64,000 nt of DNA from Lepidodermella squamata. Lineage: Eukaryota > Animalia > Gastrotricha. Below the pieces are notes generated by a model. That model was given only the letters and a program-made list of their open reading frames with translations, did no database searches and was not told the DNA's origin. Both the position numbers and the translations under genes were made by a program. The stretch spans positions 3,658,001 to 3,722,000 of the forward strand of contig JBLDXI010000042.1 of NCBI GenBank assembly GCA_047495785.1, in the 5' to 3' direction. Position 1 is the first letter of the stretch, and every line of letters starts with the position of its first letter. This document shows positions 24,965-36,500 of this stretch, one piece after another.

Positions 24965-25449
24965 ATGAATATTCCGAAAATTACGTCATGCGTGACGGCG
25001 TTGGTAGCCTTGTTGCTGATCGGCGAATCTTCGGCCTTGCTGAACTGCTACACTTATTCTTCGAATAAAGACAGCTATGACGGGTCTCGAACTTTCGGCG
25101 ACTGCACCACGTGCCAAAAAATGGTGGTCACGTGGTGGTCAGGTGACAAAACGTATATTCGGTGGTGCGGATCGGGGTCTTGCTCTGCCGGCGTTTCAAC
25201 ATCAACGTTAGTCCTTAGCAATATTAAATTTTTTTTCAAATTTTCATCTAAATATAGGTCAGCCTCGTATTATTCCAGCGATTGGACAATCTACACCTGC
25301 TGCAGGTAATTCTTTATGATTAAATTTGTGCGTGATTTTACCACATTTTTGTTAGTTCTTTGTGTAACGGTGGAAATGTTGCCAGAACGTCGACGGCGGT
25401 CGGAGTGATTTTAACGGCCATTTCAATGTTGCTGTCTAGACTTTGTTAG
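24965..25449 (+). CDS. Ly6/uPAR three-finger (quiver/sleepless-like) GPI-anchored protein, 3 exons (24965-25206, 25258-25305, 25356-25449)
   Basis: Signal peptide then LNCY; CTTCQK; IRWC..SC; spliced CCSSLCN (LU-domain CCxxxCN signature) followed by a hydrophobic GPI signal. Confidence 0.85.
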
Positions 25450-26107
25450 AATTGATCACTTCTCGGAAAATAATACCCAAAAAATATATAACAAATACTC
25501 GAAAATGTTACGTTTTGGCTATTGGACAAGTAAAACACATTATCAACTTCTTTATTTACCACTTTTCTTTGCGTTGTTCCGGTATAATTCAATTTAGCTG
25601 ATTGCTGACACTGACCAATATCGATTTTGAATGAAAACAATATAATAGAGAGAAGACAGATAGCCGGAAAATTTAGCAGTCGCAATTTCACATACACGGC
25701 ATTGTTTTATCGGCGAGAAAAACAACGACGACGCCGATTAGTAACAAAAACATCAGCAACAACTTATTATTATGATAGCCCGATCATGTATGCGCGAAAT
25801 AAATTGGCTGAGGTCGCAATGAAGAGTTTACGTAGATGAAGAGGACGATGACGCGCTCATTCAAACTCCAAATGAATTTACGCGCGCGTGGGCCGTAAAA
25901 CATGATATAAGACACGATTTTTATCGCTGATTTCATGGCTTCATTCCGAGTGTAGAAAATTCGAGAAAATTCGAAAATATTCTATCCGATATTTCTTCAT
26001 TTTTTAATATTTTTTTACAAGTGTCAGGGTTGGTGTTTTCGGGTTATTTATGAATAATTTATTCACAAATGAGCGCCCTTAATATTTTAAATTTTATAGG
26101 TCATAAT

Positions 26108-26626
26108 ATGGTCATAAAAAGTGTTGCTTTATTATTCGTTGTCGTCGCTTTGTGCGTGACCTGGAAAGAGGCTTCTTGTGACCTAATTCCTCTTATTTCA
26201 GCCGTCGATATTGCAGACAAAGCCGGGAGTCAAATAACGTAAGCTTTAATGCCTATTATTATCGGCTGTTTTTCATCACAAAATTTCGTACCTCAGGAGT
26301 TGCATGAAGAGTATCTGCTTCAAATCTGGCAACACTCAGACCGAAATGTTCGCAAGGTGCATGGATTCTTGCGCCTGTCACTCGTGAGTTTTTGCTCCAG
26401 TTTGAATGAAAAAAAATCATAATTTGAAAAATCACAAGATATTGCCGATATATGGAGCAAGTGAATTCATGGGCTTTTCGAGATTGCTTTCCAAAAATCT
26501 GCCTCAAAAGTGAGTGATGAATTTGAATAAACAGCTTCGGATATTACAATTTTTTTTATTAATTTTTAAGGAAACTTGTATCAAGAAGACCCTGACGTAT
26601 GGTGGGCTCTACTTGATCTCCAATGA
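26108..26626 (+). CDS. Secreted 8-Cys peptide family, paralogue A, 114 aa (exons 26108-26238, 26297-26383, 26439-26509, 26571-26626)
   Basis: MVIKSVALLFVVVALCVTWKEASCDLIPLISAVDIADKAGSQITSCMKSICFKSGNTQTEMFARCMDSCACHSYCRYMEQVNSWAFRDCFPKICLKRNLYQEDPDVWWALLDLQ. Canonical splice sites; homologous to B-D. Confidence 0.85.
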
Positions 26627-27334
26627 GTGATATAGCAATTAAAAATGACTCGAGATGATAAGCAAAACAAGAACATCGACTGGCAAAATCAGCGCGCACA
26701 CACTTCACTTCGCTGAGAATTTTCTCAGTTCAACACGCCGTTGTCCCTGGACAATTTTATACATCAGTTTCTATGTTTGTATTTGTTCGCCAGCATTTTT
26801 CACTCTCTATGATTGTCCCTACTGTACTGGTTTTCTTTATAACTTAATATAAGCCTCTTCTGGCCAAATAAAATGAAACTTATCTTTGATTTTTACGCAT
26901 TTTTTCTACTTATTTATTTGGGAGAGAAAATGTCGAAGATCAATGTCGAAAAAATCCGTGCAATATTCACAGAGTCAATATTATGAGTAATATTTGTTAT
27001 ATATACCCTAATAATTAAAAAAGCGTGTTAAAAAATTGCGATAAAAATTTACACACACCCACCCACCTACGCTTCGAATTCTTACCCACGTTGACTCGGT
27101 GTCGGGTTATTCGAACTTACACTACGAATGATTATTACTGTCCGATATCGCAATTTTTGGAAATTTTCAGGTTCGACGTAAAAATGCATTTCGTTGTAGT
27201 TAAGCTCGCACTGGATTTCCGCCGTTGGGCATTCTTTAGAGCTCATCGGACTTGTGGTCGCTGGTCAGCCAGCCACAATATCATATTTTCATTGAAAAAT
27301 TGTCCTAAATAGATAACACTTTAATTCATCATTG

Positions 27335-27821
27335 ATGCGATTTTTGCAATTTTGTCTCATTTTTGCGCTTTTTCCTCTCGCGACCTGCCACAAAAGAATA
27401 AGAGGATCAGAATATCTCAGGTAATTTTAGAGTTTCGGGCTGAAAATTTAAATTAATTGACTTCCTTATACAGCAAATGCGTACATAGCGTTTGCAGTTT
27501 GGCTAAGGATAGCAAATCCGAAATGTTTAAACGTTGCATGGACAGCTGCATTTGCCATTCGTAATTTTCGTAATTAATTAAAATTTCTTACTATAATTTC
27601 GAATATTTCAGCTATTGCAATCATGTCGACTCAGAAGCTGACTGGGACTTTAGAGATTGCTTCCCGGTTTGCACTGAAGGTAAAATTGAATTATTCTGAT
27701 TTTTTCTGGTTTTATGTGTTTTTTTTGCGTTTTAGGCAGGCCGTATGAGCAAGATCCAGACTATTGGTGGCGAAACCTGGAAGCACCGAAAAACGTCGCA
27801 ATAGAACATCGCCTAGCATGA
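27335..27821 (+). CDS. Secreted 8-Cys peptide family, paralogue B, 108 aa (exons 27335-27420, 27474-27560, 27612-27679, 27736-27821)
   Basis: MRFLQFCLIFALFPLATCHKRIRGSEYLSKCVHSVCSLAKDSKSEMFKRCMDSCICHSYCNHVDSEADWDFRDCFPVCTEGRPYEQDPDYWWRNLEAPKNVAIEHRLA; AATAAA at ~27886. Confidence 0.85.
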
Positions 27822-28117
27822 ACGCGCAATTCTACAAAAAATACTCATCGTTTTTTATCTCTAATCTGTTGACATATCTGGGCCAAATAAATTACCACTT
27901 TTTTCTAAATTTATGATAATTTGATAAAAAAATAACAAGGCCATTTTTTCGGTGACCATTGCCGATTCCTCGAGAGAAGGCGTTCTAATGGCTTTGTTTT
28001 GCGAAGATGACTCATGAATCAACTCTCAAGGGAATTGCGCCAGTAGACAGAAGAGATGCTAATGTCATGAGTGATAGCTCAATTTCTTGTTCCGTTTTTT
28101 TTCATAACTTTCTGGAA

Positions 28118-28935
28118 ATGTTACACCATTTTTTCTTTCTGATTGCGATTTTTACCTTCGCCAATTCAGCAACAGTTATCAAGTCCCAGGATATTTCAAA
28201 AGCTTCGTTACCTCTAATTAAGTAAGCAAGTTCATTTTAGTTGTGTTCGAAACAAATTTTTGCACAATTTAACAGTCGATGCTTGGATAGCATATGCTTG
28301 GTGGCGAAAAATCCCAAACCGGACATGTTTTCAAAATGCGTCGATTCTTGCATTTGCCATTCGTAATTTGAAAATTCCAGCTTAAAAATATAATTAATTT
28401 CCTAATATATTTCAGCTATTGTCGAACTGTTAGCAAAAGAAATGAGTACGATTTCGGAATTTGCTTACCAGCTTGTTTAAAGGGTAAAACTTGATGAGTC
28501 CTTCTGCTCGTACATAGTTTTATGGTGATTTTCTTCTTGACGTCATCCACCAGTTATTTTTTCTGATGAAAATTTACAGGCAGATGCAGGGGAATGATTC
28601 ATCGTAATTGTAGGTCAAATATCTTTTTCTCAACCTTTACCGATGGGAAGGCCCGAAGAGTGATTTTCGTTTTGCTGTCCGACTGTACAAAATCGAAACT
28701 TCAAGGATGATTCTTTCAGGGAAGGTCAGCTATTTGCCTGCAAAAAATTGACCAATTGGGCGGAAAATGACAAATATGACCGATTTAACATAAAACTATG
28801 TACCAGCAGGCACTCCAAAAATTAATTTGAAAATAATACTTTTTTATTATTTCCACATCAGGAGCACCTTACGAGAAAGACAGGTCATACTGGAACAGTC
28901 AGTTGGTGATTTCGAAGTATCTAACCTTTGGATAA
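28118..28935 (+). CDS. Secreted 8-Cys peptide family, paralogue C, 110 aa (exons 28118-28221, 28276-28362, 28416-28483, 28862-28935)
   Basis: MLHHFFFLIAIFTFANSATVIKSQDISKASLPLINRCLDSICLVAKNPKPDMFSKCVDSCICHSYCRTVSKRNEYDFGICLPACLKGAPYEKDRSYWNSQLVISKYLTFG. Last exon chosen by homology (GxPYExD..YW). Confidence 0.8.
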
Positions 28936-29338
28936 TAAACAATAAACACAATTATTGCAACAATAATATTCGGGAAAGGAAGAGTCGAATAATTATTTAT
29001 TATTCTCATACGATTTTTTGTTAATAAAACATTCAGATATAGGTATTACTATTTTTTTGATATTTTATTTAGCAGACAATGCATTTTTGCTTGGGAGGAT
29101 AAATTAGAACTAAATGCCCACGGCATCAATGGTCCAAAATCGATGATCATAGTGTAAAAAAATTCGCACTTTACGACGGCGGCGGACACGCGCAGAATAT
29201 ATACGAACCGGGTCCCACGTGACAAGATTCCGCTAAAGTAGATTCCTCGTATCTTAAGAAATAGCCATGCGGTATTTCATTCGGATTGCTGATGGTGACG
29301 TTTGTTTTCATTTTTTATTAGGAGTTTATAGGTACCTA

Positions 29339-29502
29339 CAGGGTAGCCGATAAAATTCCGCAGAAGGAAAATTCGATGTGTATCAATTTAATGAGGAGTT
29401 TTAAGAAGTTGAAGAATTTCAAGCATTATTTTGTCAATGGAAACTCCGCATTAAATTGATGCGCATCGAATTCGCCTTATGCGGAATTTTTTTGCCACCC
29501 TG
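29339..29502. mobile_element. Tc1/mariner-type MITE, copy 2, with TA target-site duplication
   Basis: TA-CAGGGTAGCC...GCCACCCTG-TA; reverse-complement homologue of 3793-3959. Confidence 0.8.
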
Positions 29503-30561
29503 TAAACTTTTCAGGAGATGAATTAGGTCACAAATTTAGTTCCTTATTGTGAGGTCAAACTCAAAGCTTGAGATTTATTATTCAATGAATAATTATTAAA
29601 AATTAAATTGCCAATCAGTTGAAAGCGCAGCCGGTATTTTTTCAAGCAAGACTTTTTATTTAATACAAGAGTGGGCGCTTTCTATTAATGATAATTCCGA
29701 TTATTTTAGAGTCAATATTTTTATTAAGCGATTCATTTTTTTTATGATGATGAATTTAGTCTCGGCAAACATTTGATCCGAAAAGCCACCCAACGATAAG
29801 CCTATTTATTTCTGGCGTTCGTTTTTCGTTGCCAAAGGACAATAATTCATTCACAGCTGATTTCATCTATAGAATTTCAAGTCTGAAATGAGAGATAAAA
29901 GCTATATCTCTCACCGAATCGCACTGACTTCGTTTCCAAGGCGCTCATAATACCAATGACGCAGAGTTGTCTACAACTTCCTACGCTAAAAGCTATTTGC
30001 TCAAACTTGTGAGCAGTTAACAATTCAGGATATTGTTTTTTTTACACTGAAATTGCAATATTTTACTCATCCTCCTCAACCTTCGCATAGATGAAATGAG
30101 AATATTAGCAGGAAGTGGGGTAGGCTGAGTTTGTTGGCAACCGTTCGAGGGAATGTTTTCATTTTTCCATGAGGTTTAGATTTCACTTCTAGGCACCCAG
30201 ACCGCGTTCGAGCTCCCAAATCATTTCCTTTGCATTTTCATTATATAAGCATATCTATGAGGTTTTTTGATAATTTATAGTAAAGTTGTATTTAGAAATT
30301 GAGATAAAAAAATCGGGACAGTTTAGGGATTTTTTTTCCGGCTCGCCCACCTGTGGCAATATTGGTATTTGAAATAATTAGACCTCCTTGTGCTTGTCTC
30401 GCTTTCCGTCTATAGAGACAATCGAATTGCCGGCGGCTTGGGATTTCGCGCTATTTAATCCATATTACTTTAGCAAAATAACTAATGGCAAATATTGTCG
30501 CTCACTAGTCCTGATTTGCTACTCTGATTAGTCCTAATTTTCATTTCATTTCAAGAAAAAC

Positions 30562-31041
30562 ATGGGCAATTTTTATAAATTTGCTGCGATTTTCGGACTC
30601 GTCGCTTTGGCTCAAGCGATGCCTCGGCAAATGAGCGATACGGAAGTTTCTGCTGCCGATTACACCAAGTAACGAGAAAACGGGTCAAATAATATAATTT
30701 TATCTCATTTTCTATTACAGGTCATGCATTCAGGACGTGTGTGCAATGGCGAAAGATCGAACTTCGGAAATTTTCACTCGCTGCATGGATGGCTGTATTT
30801 GCCGATCGTAAGAAAAATCCGCCTTTTAGTTCGAATTTGCCTATAAAACCCCTATTTTTTTAGGTATTGTAAGGGCGTCGAGGCTGAGGAAGAGTGGACT
30901 TTCAATGAATGTTTCCCTGTTTGCACAGATGGTAAAAATAAGCTATTACTCCTTTTTGTCAAATTTTCGTTGATTTTTCAAGGTCATCCTTACGAGCAGG
31001 ACCCGAAATTCTGGCAGAGCTATCTACCCTCAAACGAATAG
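30562..31041 (+). CDS. Secreted 8-Cys peptide family, paralogue D, 106 aa (exons 30562-30668, 30721-30807, 30864-30931, 30983-31041)
   Basis: MGNFYKFAAIFGLVALAQAMPRQMSDTEVSAADYTKSCIQDVCAMAKDRTSEIFTRCMDGCICRSYCKGVEAEEEWTFNECFPVCTDGHPYEQDPKFWQSYLPSNE; same intron phases as A-C. Confidence 0.85.
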
Positions 31042-31815
31042 ATACGAAAGCATTCCGAATTTTATTAATTTTTTTTGTTAAACCGGCGATCTCAAAAAAC
31101 TCAACCATCATAATGTTTATAAATTAATCAATTTCGACAAATAATTAATTTCGATTTCAAGAATAGTAAAATGTGGACATTGCTAAAAAAGACGTATTTC
31201 CGTAAATCTCGTTCTTTCCTATATATTCTTCGTAGAGAGATCTAGTGATTTTGACGTTAAAATACCTGTCCTGTCCTTTGATTTCGCCCGCGAAGTTGAA
31301 ACATTTGCGGAGATAGGACTTGCGCATTGTTATTATTTCGAGTACTCGTATAATGGCAAAATAGAAGTCGCGCAAAATCATCTTTATACGATATACGAGC
31401 ACTGAAGCTAGAGCGCTTAAAGCGAGCGCTTAAATAGTCAGGTAAAATCATCAAAGGCGGTACAATCTAGGTCAGGTCGCCTTTATGCGTAAGTACTACA
31501 GTAGGTAAAATTACATTCTATTTCAAACATCAAAACTCAATCTTTACAGCATTTTACCTCATTTCAAAAATGCCCCACGCTACAGCGTGTAGTCAGTTTT
31601 ATCCTATTCACGAATTCTGCGGTCAACAATTGATAAGATAAGTAAGTATCAGAAAATTGAGGAACAGCGGACACAAGTAATTGACTGCTACAGCCTTTAT
31701 CGCCAGGCTCAAGATAATATGGTCTGCCCATCATTATATGGTCTGCCCACCTCAGTCCGGAATCAGTGAGTGTAATGAACTACTTTGAATTGTCTCTTCT
31801 TCTACTTCATACACA

Positions 31816-33141
31816 ATGAAAACAGCAGTCATCTACCTGCTTTCTACGATTATTATTTCTTCGGCCCAGGCTGATCAATGGTGGACGAATGCGGGTGGTG
31901 ATTCATCCCATTCAGGTTACAGGCCTGACGTTCTTGGCGAGGCCTCGCCAAGCATGGAATTCGGTAAAAGGTGGGAAGAAGCTCTGGATCTTTCCGATAA
32001 TAGTTACCTAATCCCTAACCAGCCTTTGGTCTTCCAAGGCATGATCTACCTTCAAAGCAGCAGAGGCACTTTCTATGTGGTACGCGAAGCAGACGGCGAA
32101 TTGGAGGCAAAAATCAGTGTTGAACTTCCTAATAGAGACTTCCAAACGTTAGCCCAACCTTTGATCTGCTACGGAAGCGATGGAAGGCCGTATTTAATTT
32201 CTCGCATTAATAAGGAAAACCCCCTAAGGTCAGTGTTTTTCGCAATCGATATTGAGACAAAGGCAATAACAAGTAAATCGTACGACCTGCTGCAAGTAGC
32301 ACTTTACGTTGACGATTTCCGCATGTCCTGCAGTCGGAGGCACGGAACACTTTACGCAACTGGAACTCAGGATAATAAAATAGTTAAGGCTCTGTCAATA
32401 CCAGACTTCCGGGAGCTGTTCGACGTCGGGGTAAATGATGACGATGTTTACTCGTCAGCCATGTATAACGAGGAACGTTTGTTCATCGCGGCTTACAGCC
32501 GGCTATATGAGTTGAATCCTCTCACCGGAGCTATTTTGAACGACATTTCCTTCGATTCGATCTTTGGCGGCTTTTGGACGCCAATTGTCGTTAATGATAT
32601 GCTTATTGCTGTTAGTTTTTCGTATTCTAACGTTCTCCAGGCGGATTTGCATGGTATAGACCTTACAACCACTGTGCCCTCAGTCAAATGGACCGCCCAG
32701 GATGTGAGCACAACTAGCAAACTGCCAATGATGGCTAGTGATGGAAATTTTACCTACATCGTTAGACCTAAGGACAAAACGTCGATCGCAGTTATCAGCA
32801 ACACCGATGGAGAGATGGTGAGAAGCCTGCAATGCGAAACCTTAGACGAGCCGTCCGGTTTCAGCCTGATTGCGACGGAAGATTTCATCTTCACCGACGC
32901 ATGCTCGTATCTAACAGCCTTCAATAAAACAAGTGGTGCAATTGTACTGCAGACCAAGTTTCACGCCAACTCAGTGGCGTATCACGATGGCTCGGTATAT
33001 GCTATTCAACTCATTGATGATGGGTACAAGCCGACTATGGGATCTTACAGGGTCAGTTCAAGCTCGGATCTTTCTGGTTCTTCACAGTATTTCTCCTTAT
33101 TAATATTGACTTTGCTTGCTGTGAAATTTGCCAGTCAGTGA
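31816..33141 (+). CDS. Secreted, probably GPI-anchored PQQ-like (BamB-type) beta-propeller protein, intronless, 441 aa
   Basis: Signal peptide; WTNAGGDSSHSGY N-terminal motif; repeated blade motifs (YVVREADGE, FAIDIETK, YELNPLTGAIL, GIDLTT..VKW, AFNKTSGAIV); Ser-rich omega region plus hydrophobic C-terminus. Confidence 0.8.
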   Translation: MKTAVIYLLSTIIISSAQADQWWTNAGGDSSHSGYRPDVLGEASPSMEFGKRWEEALDLSDNSYLIPNQPLVFQGMIYLQSSRGTFYVVREADGELEAKISVELPNRDFQTLAQPLICYGSDGRPYLISRINKENPLRSVFFAIDIETKAITSKSYDLLQVALYVDDFRMSCSRRHGTLYATGTQDNKIVKALSIPDFRELFDVGVNDDDVYSSAMYNEERLFIAAYSRLYELNPLTGAILNDISFDSIFGGFWTPIVVNDMLIAVSFSYSNVLQADLHGIDLTTTVPSVKWTAQDVSTTSKLPMMASDGNFTYIVRPKDKTSIAVISNTDGEMVRSLQCETLDEPSGFSLIATEDFIFTDACSYLTAFNKTSGAIVLQTKFHANSVAYHDGSVYAIQLIDDGYKPTMGSYRVSSSSDLSGSSQYFSLLILTLLAVKFASQ

Positions 33142-33514
33142 CGCATCACGATGTTCATCTATGGTGTTCAACTATTAGCGATTCTTTAAGAATCAGCGAT
33201 GATGATTATAACTCGGATAACTCGGCTCTGCTTGCTGTGATATCAATATACTTGAATTAAGTAAAATACCGGGAAAATATCCATTATCTGCCCTTCGCTC
33301 TCTTCGCGTCCAACTCTCAGTCTTTGATACCCGAAAAATAGCTCTCGATAGCTTAGTAGCTTCAGGGAAGAGTATGGGTTCATATTTCATATTCATATCT
33401 TTGTTATGATATCTTCATAATTTAAAATCCAAGGTTAACCTGCTAATACAATAAGCTTCGCCCAATCATGGGTCCAGGGTCCATCGCAATGTAAGAAGTG
33501 CACGGAGCACGGAG

Positions 33515-33720
33515 CGTGAATGAAGTAGGATCCTCGGGTTGGGGGTACGCGTGGGGTTAAATCAGCCACGAATGACCAAAGGACACCCCGTGGTTTGGGT
33601 TTTCCTGATTGGAGCTCTCGAGGTACCCCCCGTACCCCCGGTACTTTGCACACTGGTACGGGGAATGAGGGGTACCCCTTCCCCCATTCTCCTCCCCTCC
33701 CTCTTTCGAGAGGTCCAGAC
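33515..33720. repeat. GC-rich interspersed repeat homologous to ~16760-16920
   Basis: Shared GTGAATGAAGTAGGATCCTCG and TACCCCCCGTACCCCC..GTACTT.GCACACTG blocks; spurious ORFs at both loci contain RGSYFIH. Confidence 0.6.
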
Positions 33721-33932
33721 AAGCCTGCAAAAAAATAGAGGTCTGAAAATATGGGTCGGGAGCTCCACGAATGTTCATTTAGGCATTGTCGCTTATTCCA
33801 AATTTTCTTCGCAGAAGTGCTACTTGTGAAACAGTGTGCACAAGACAAAAATCACTGAAATCAGGAAATTTCATTTATTTTTCCAGCTTTTCATCGCTTC
33901 CCACAACTTTTCATATCTCAGTAAGCTATTTG

Positions 33933-35062
33933 TTATTGCCACTCATTATCGATTGACTGATTGGAAATATTGAGCTGCTGATTGCCAGGCTGAAGATCCC
34001 GGCTTGAAAAGAACAGAAAAGGCGAATTCGTGCCAACTTCGTCGTAAGTCGAAGCTACTGTAACTATTTCACACTGATTTTTGCGATCACCACTCGACGA
34101 CATTAAGCATCTCGCGCATCGATGGTATAGCAGCATAGCAGGCCAAATGATGCCGATGAAAGTGAGCGTGACGAGGCCGATGCTGGCCAATATGTAGGCC
34201 AGAATGGGCGTTACATAATCAGGCTCGAGTAGCTGGCGAATGCAGATAGGCGGCGGCTTTACCCAATTTCCGAAAGGGCAATCAATTTCACTCGGTCCCT
34301 GAGATTGATTATAAGACACAGACAAACTTAAAAAAGAGCAATAGAAGATTCAAGCATACAGTAATATCCCATGGGCTGGAAACTTTACTTTTTAACATGT
34401 TTTAGATAACTGTATAGCTTCTACAAATCGTTGCGGCCTTTTCTACGATTTCAACGAAGAAAACCTGAAAAGCCCGATGAATGGTTCGGCATTCAACCCG
34501 AACTGGATTTGTTCGTTCTGTTTCTCAGGAAGTGGTTCGCTTTTCCATGAGAAGTGTGAAACTAATCCCGATAGGTTTGGTCCTACCAGGTCCGAACCAG
34601 CTACCATCTGGCTTTCTTCGGTAAACTTAAATTTCTCCCGGTAGGTTCAATTTCAAAAATATCTCAACGGTAAAATCGGAAACAGGTTTCGAAACTTATG
34701 GGACACGCTGTCTATCATTTGTATTAGTGATAGGAAGCGCTACGTTGTCCTTACAGGGTTCTACAAGGGTTTTGAGCGAAATGCAGAATATTATGTCGTT
34801 AGAAACCTACGTTAAGGTCATAGCCTGGCAGACAGGAGAATTTCGCTATCACCCCGCGATGCGTGTCGTTTTCCAGGATTATCGAGCCATTTTGAGGCGG
34901 CAATAACTCGGCACAACTCACGACCTCGTTGAACGCGATTTCAATGAATGTATCGTTATTGTTTTCAACCAAGATCAACGTGTTTCCATACGTCTGCGTT
35001 TCAGTTGCCGAAATTAAAAGAAAAAGCAGGGCTAAGATGTGAAATGCAAACATTTCTGCCAT
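33933..35062 (-). CDS. Single Sushi/CCP-domain type I membrane protein (exons 35062-34811 and 34298-33933; optional microexon 34760-34755)
   Basis: Signal peptide; SCAELLPPQNG...AKFSCLPGYDLN|GPSEIDCPFGNWVKPPPIC is a complete 4-Cys CCP module; TM follows; cytoplasmic STYDEV. Confidence 0.8.
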
Positions 35063-36500
35063 ATAATGGCTAAAACTAGAACTTTCGTTTTCGGGTGGCG
35101 ATGTGGGACCTGAGCTACTACATAATCGTCAGAAATAAATGCTTTGCACTGAATGCTGACAGGCGCGCATGATGAGCAAACATATTACCGATATACATAC
35201 CGGCACATCGCAATAATTACACGCACTCAAAATTCTTGCCATATATTTGATATCGATTTCGGATGCAGTGTAAATGATGGCCGCCGTCCGCCGTGTTCGT
35301 CCGAGAGGGTATTTAGTTGAAAATACGTGCCATATTGCAGCCGGACGGAGTTGTGCGTAGAGAGTGGTAAGATTACCATTTTCTAGGACATTCTCGACTC
35401 AAGTAGCTATATAGTTAATCGAAAATCCCAAAAATCCCACGGCTATTATTTCATAGCATGATATTGTATATCCTAAAGCATCCTAAATTTAAGGTTTCAG
35501 CACTAAATTATACTGATAGTTTCGCAATTTCGACTTGTTATTACTTTCAAGATCGATAACCGAGCCTTGATTACAAATAGCTTAACTAATCGGTGATTTT
35601 TCCGATCAGTAGGCCAACATACTGGTTTACTTGGTACCGATCTATTTATAATCTGGAGTTTGTAATGGATGGGAAAAATGACAATTGAGATTTTCCGTAC
35701 TGAAAAGGCGTCAAAAACCGAACAGTCGATACCGCGCCACTATGACTCGAACTTGACATGTTTATGGATCAGTCTGGGGTCTAGTTATAGCAAAGATGAT
35801 ATCAAAGAGGATCAAAGAGGATAACAAAGAGGATGATGAAATACCGATTCATTTGTCTCACCTTGCGCGCACTATTGTCGCCTTTAACGTTCGACTGCGG
35901 TCATGGCTTAGGCCCAGAGCCAACGTACAATCGCGCCATGGCGCACTTCTGCATGACATGCACGGCACCATAGCATGGAGCTTTGTCGTCCTAAAATTAA
36001 GGATCCTGACCTTCGGAATTGCTTTACTTTTTCATGCTTTTAACCTTAGTGAATTCTTGGTGAACTCGTGATTATGTCTTCTCTTGCTTGATTAAAAATG
36101 TCTTTATTGACGATGATACAATATTTAGAAGATAGATAGCTATACGGCTATAGCACTGAAAGAATGCGATCGAAATGCATCAAGTAATAATGTTACAAAA
36201 ATGAGACACGCCCATTGGCATAATCGACTATAAACTGCGGGTGCGCCATTGGATGGTCAGCTGATTCATCAAGGAACCTTCTCACCCTCCAAGTTAGAGA
36301 ACAAGATGCAACAAATTCCGAACTAATATAAGTAGTATAAAGTATAAGTAACACAAATTTAAGATAATTATTTCAACAACTAACAGGATTATGAGAAATC
36401 ACAATTTCTAGTATGTGATATTGAGTATTCCGAAAGGTGCCGTTCAGAGAGATGAAGGATTATCGAATCACGTAGAATAATAAAATGATTTTTCAGTATA

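Noticed and set aside
26655-26852. ORF with CICS...DCPYCTG resembling a fifth 8-Cys paralogue
   Set aside because: No signal peptide, wrong Cys spacing and no matching exons; it lies before the AATAAA of paralogue A and is probably 3'UTR.
29267-29550. Possible small spliced gene around MITE copy 2 within the 8-Cys array
   Set aside because: No signal peptide or Cys pattern and no convincing frame after removing the MITE.
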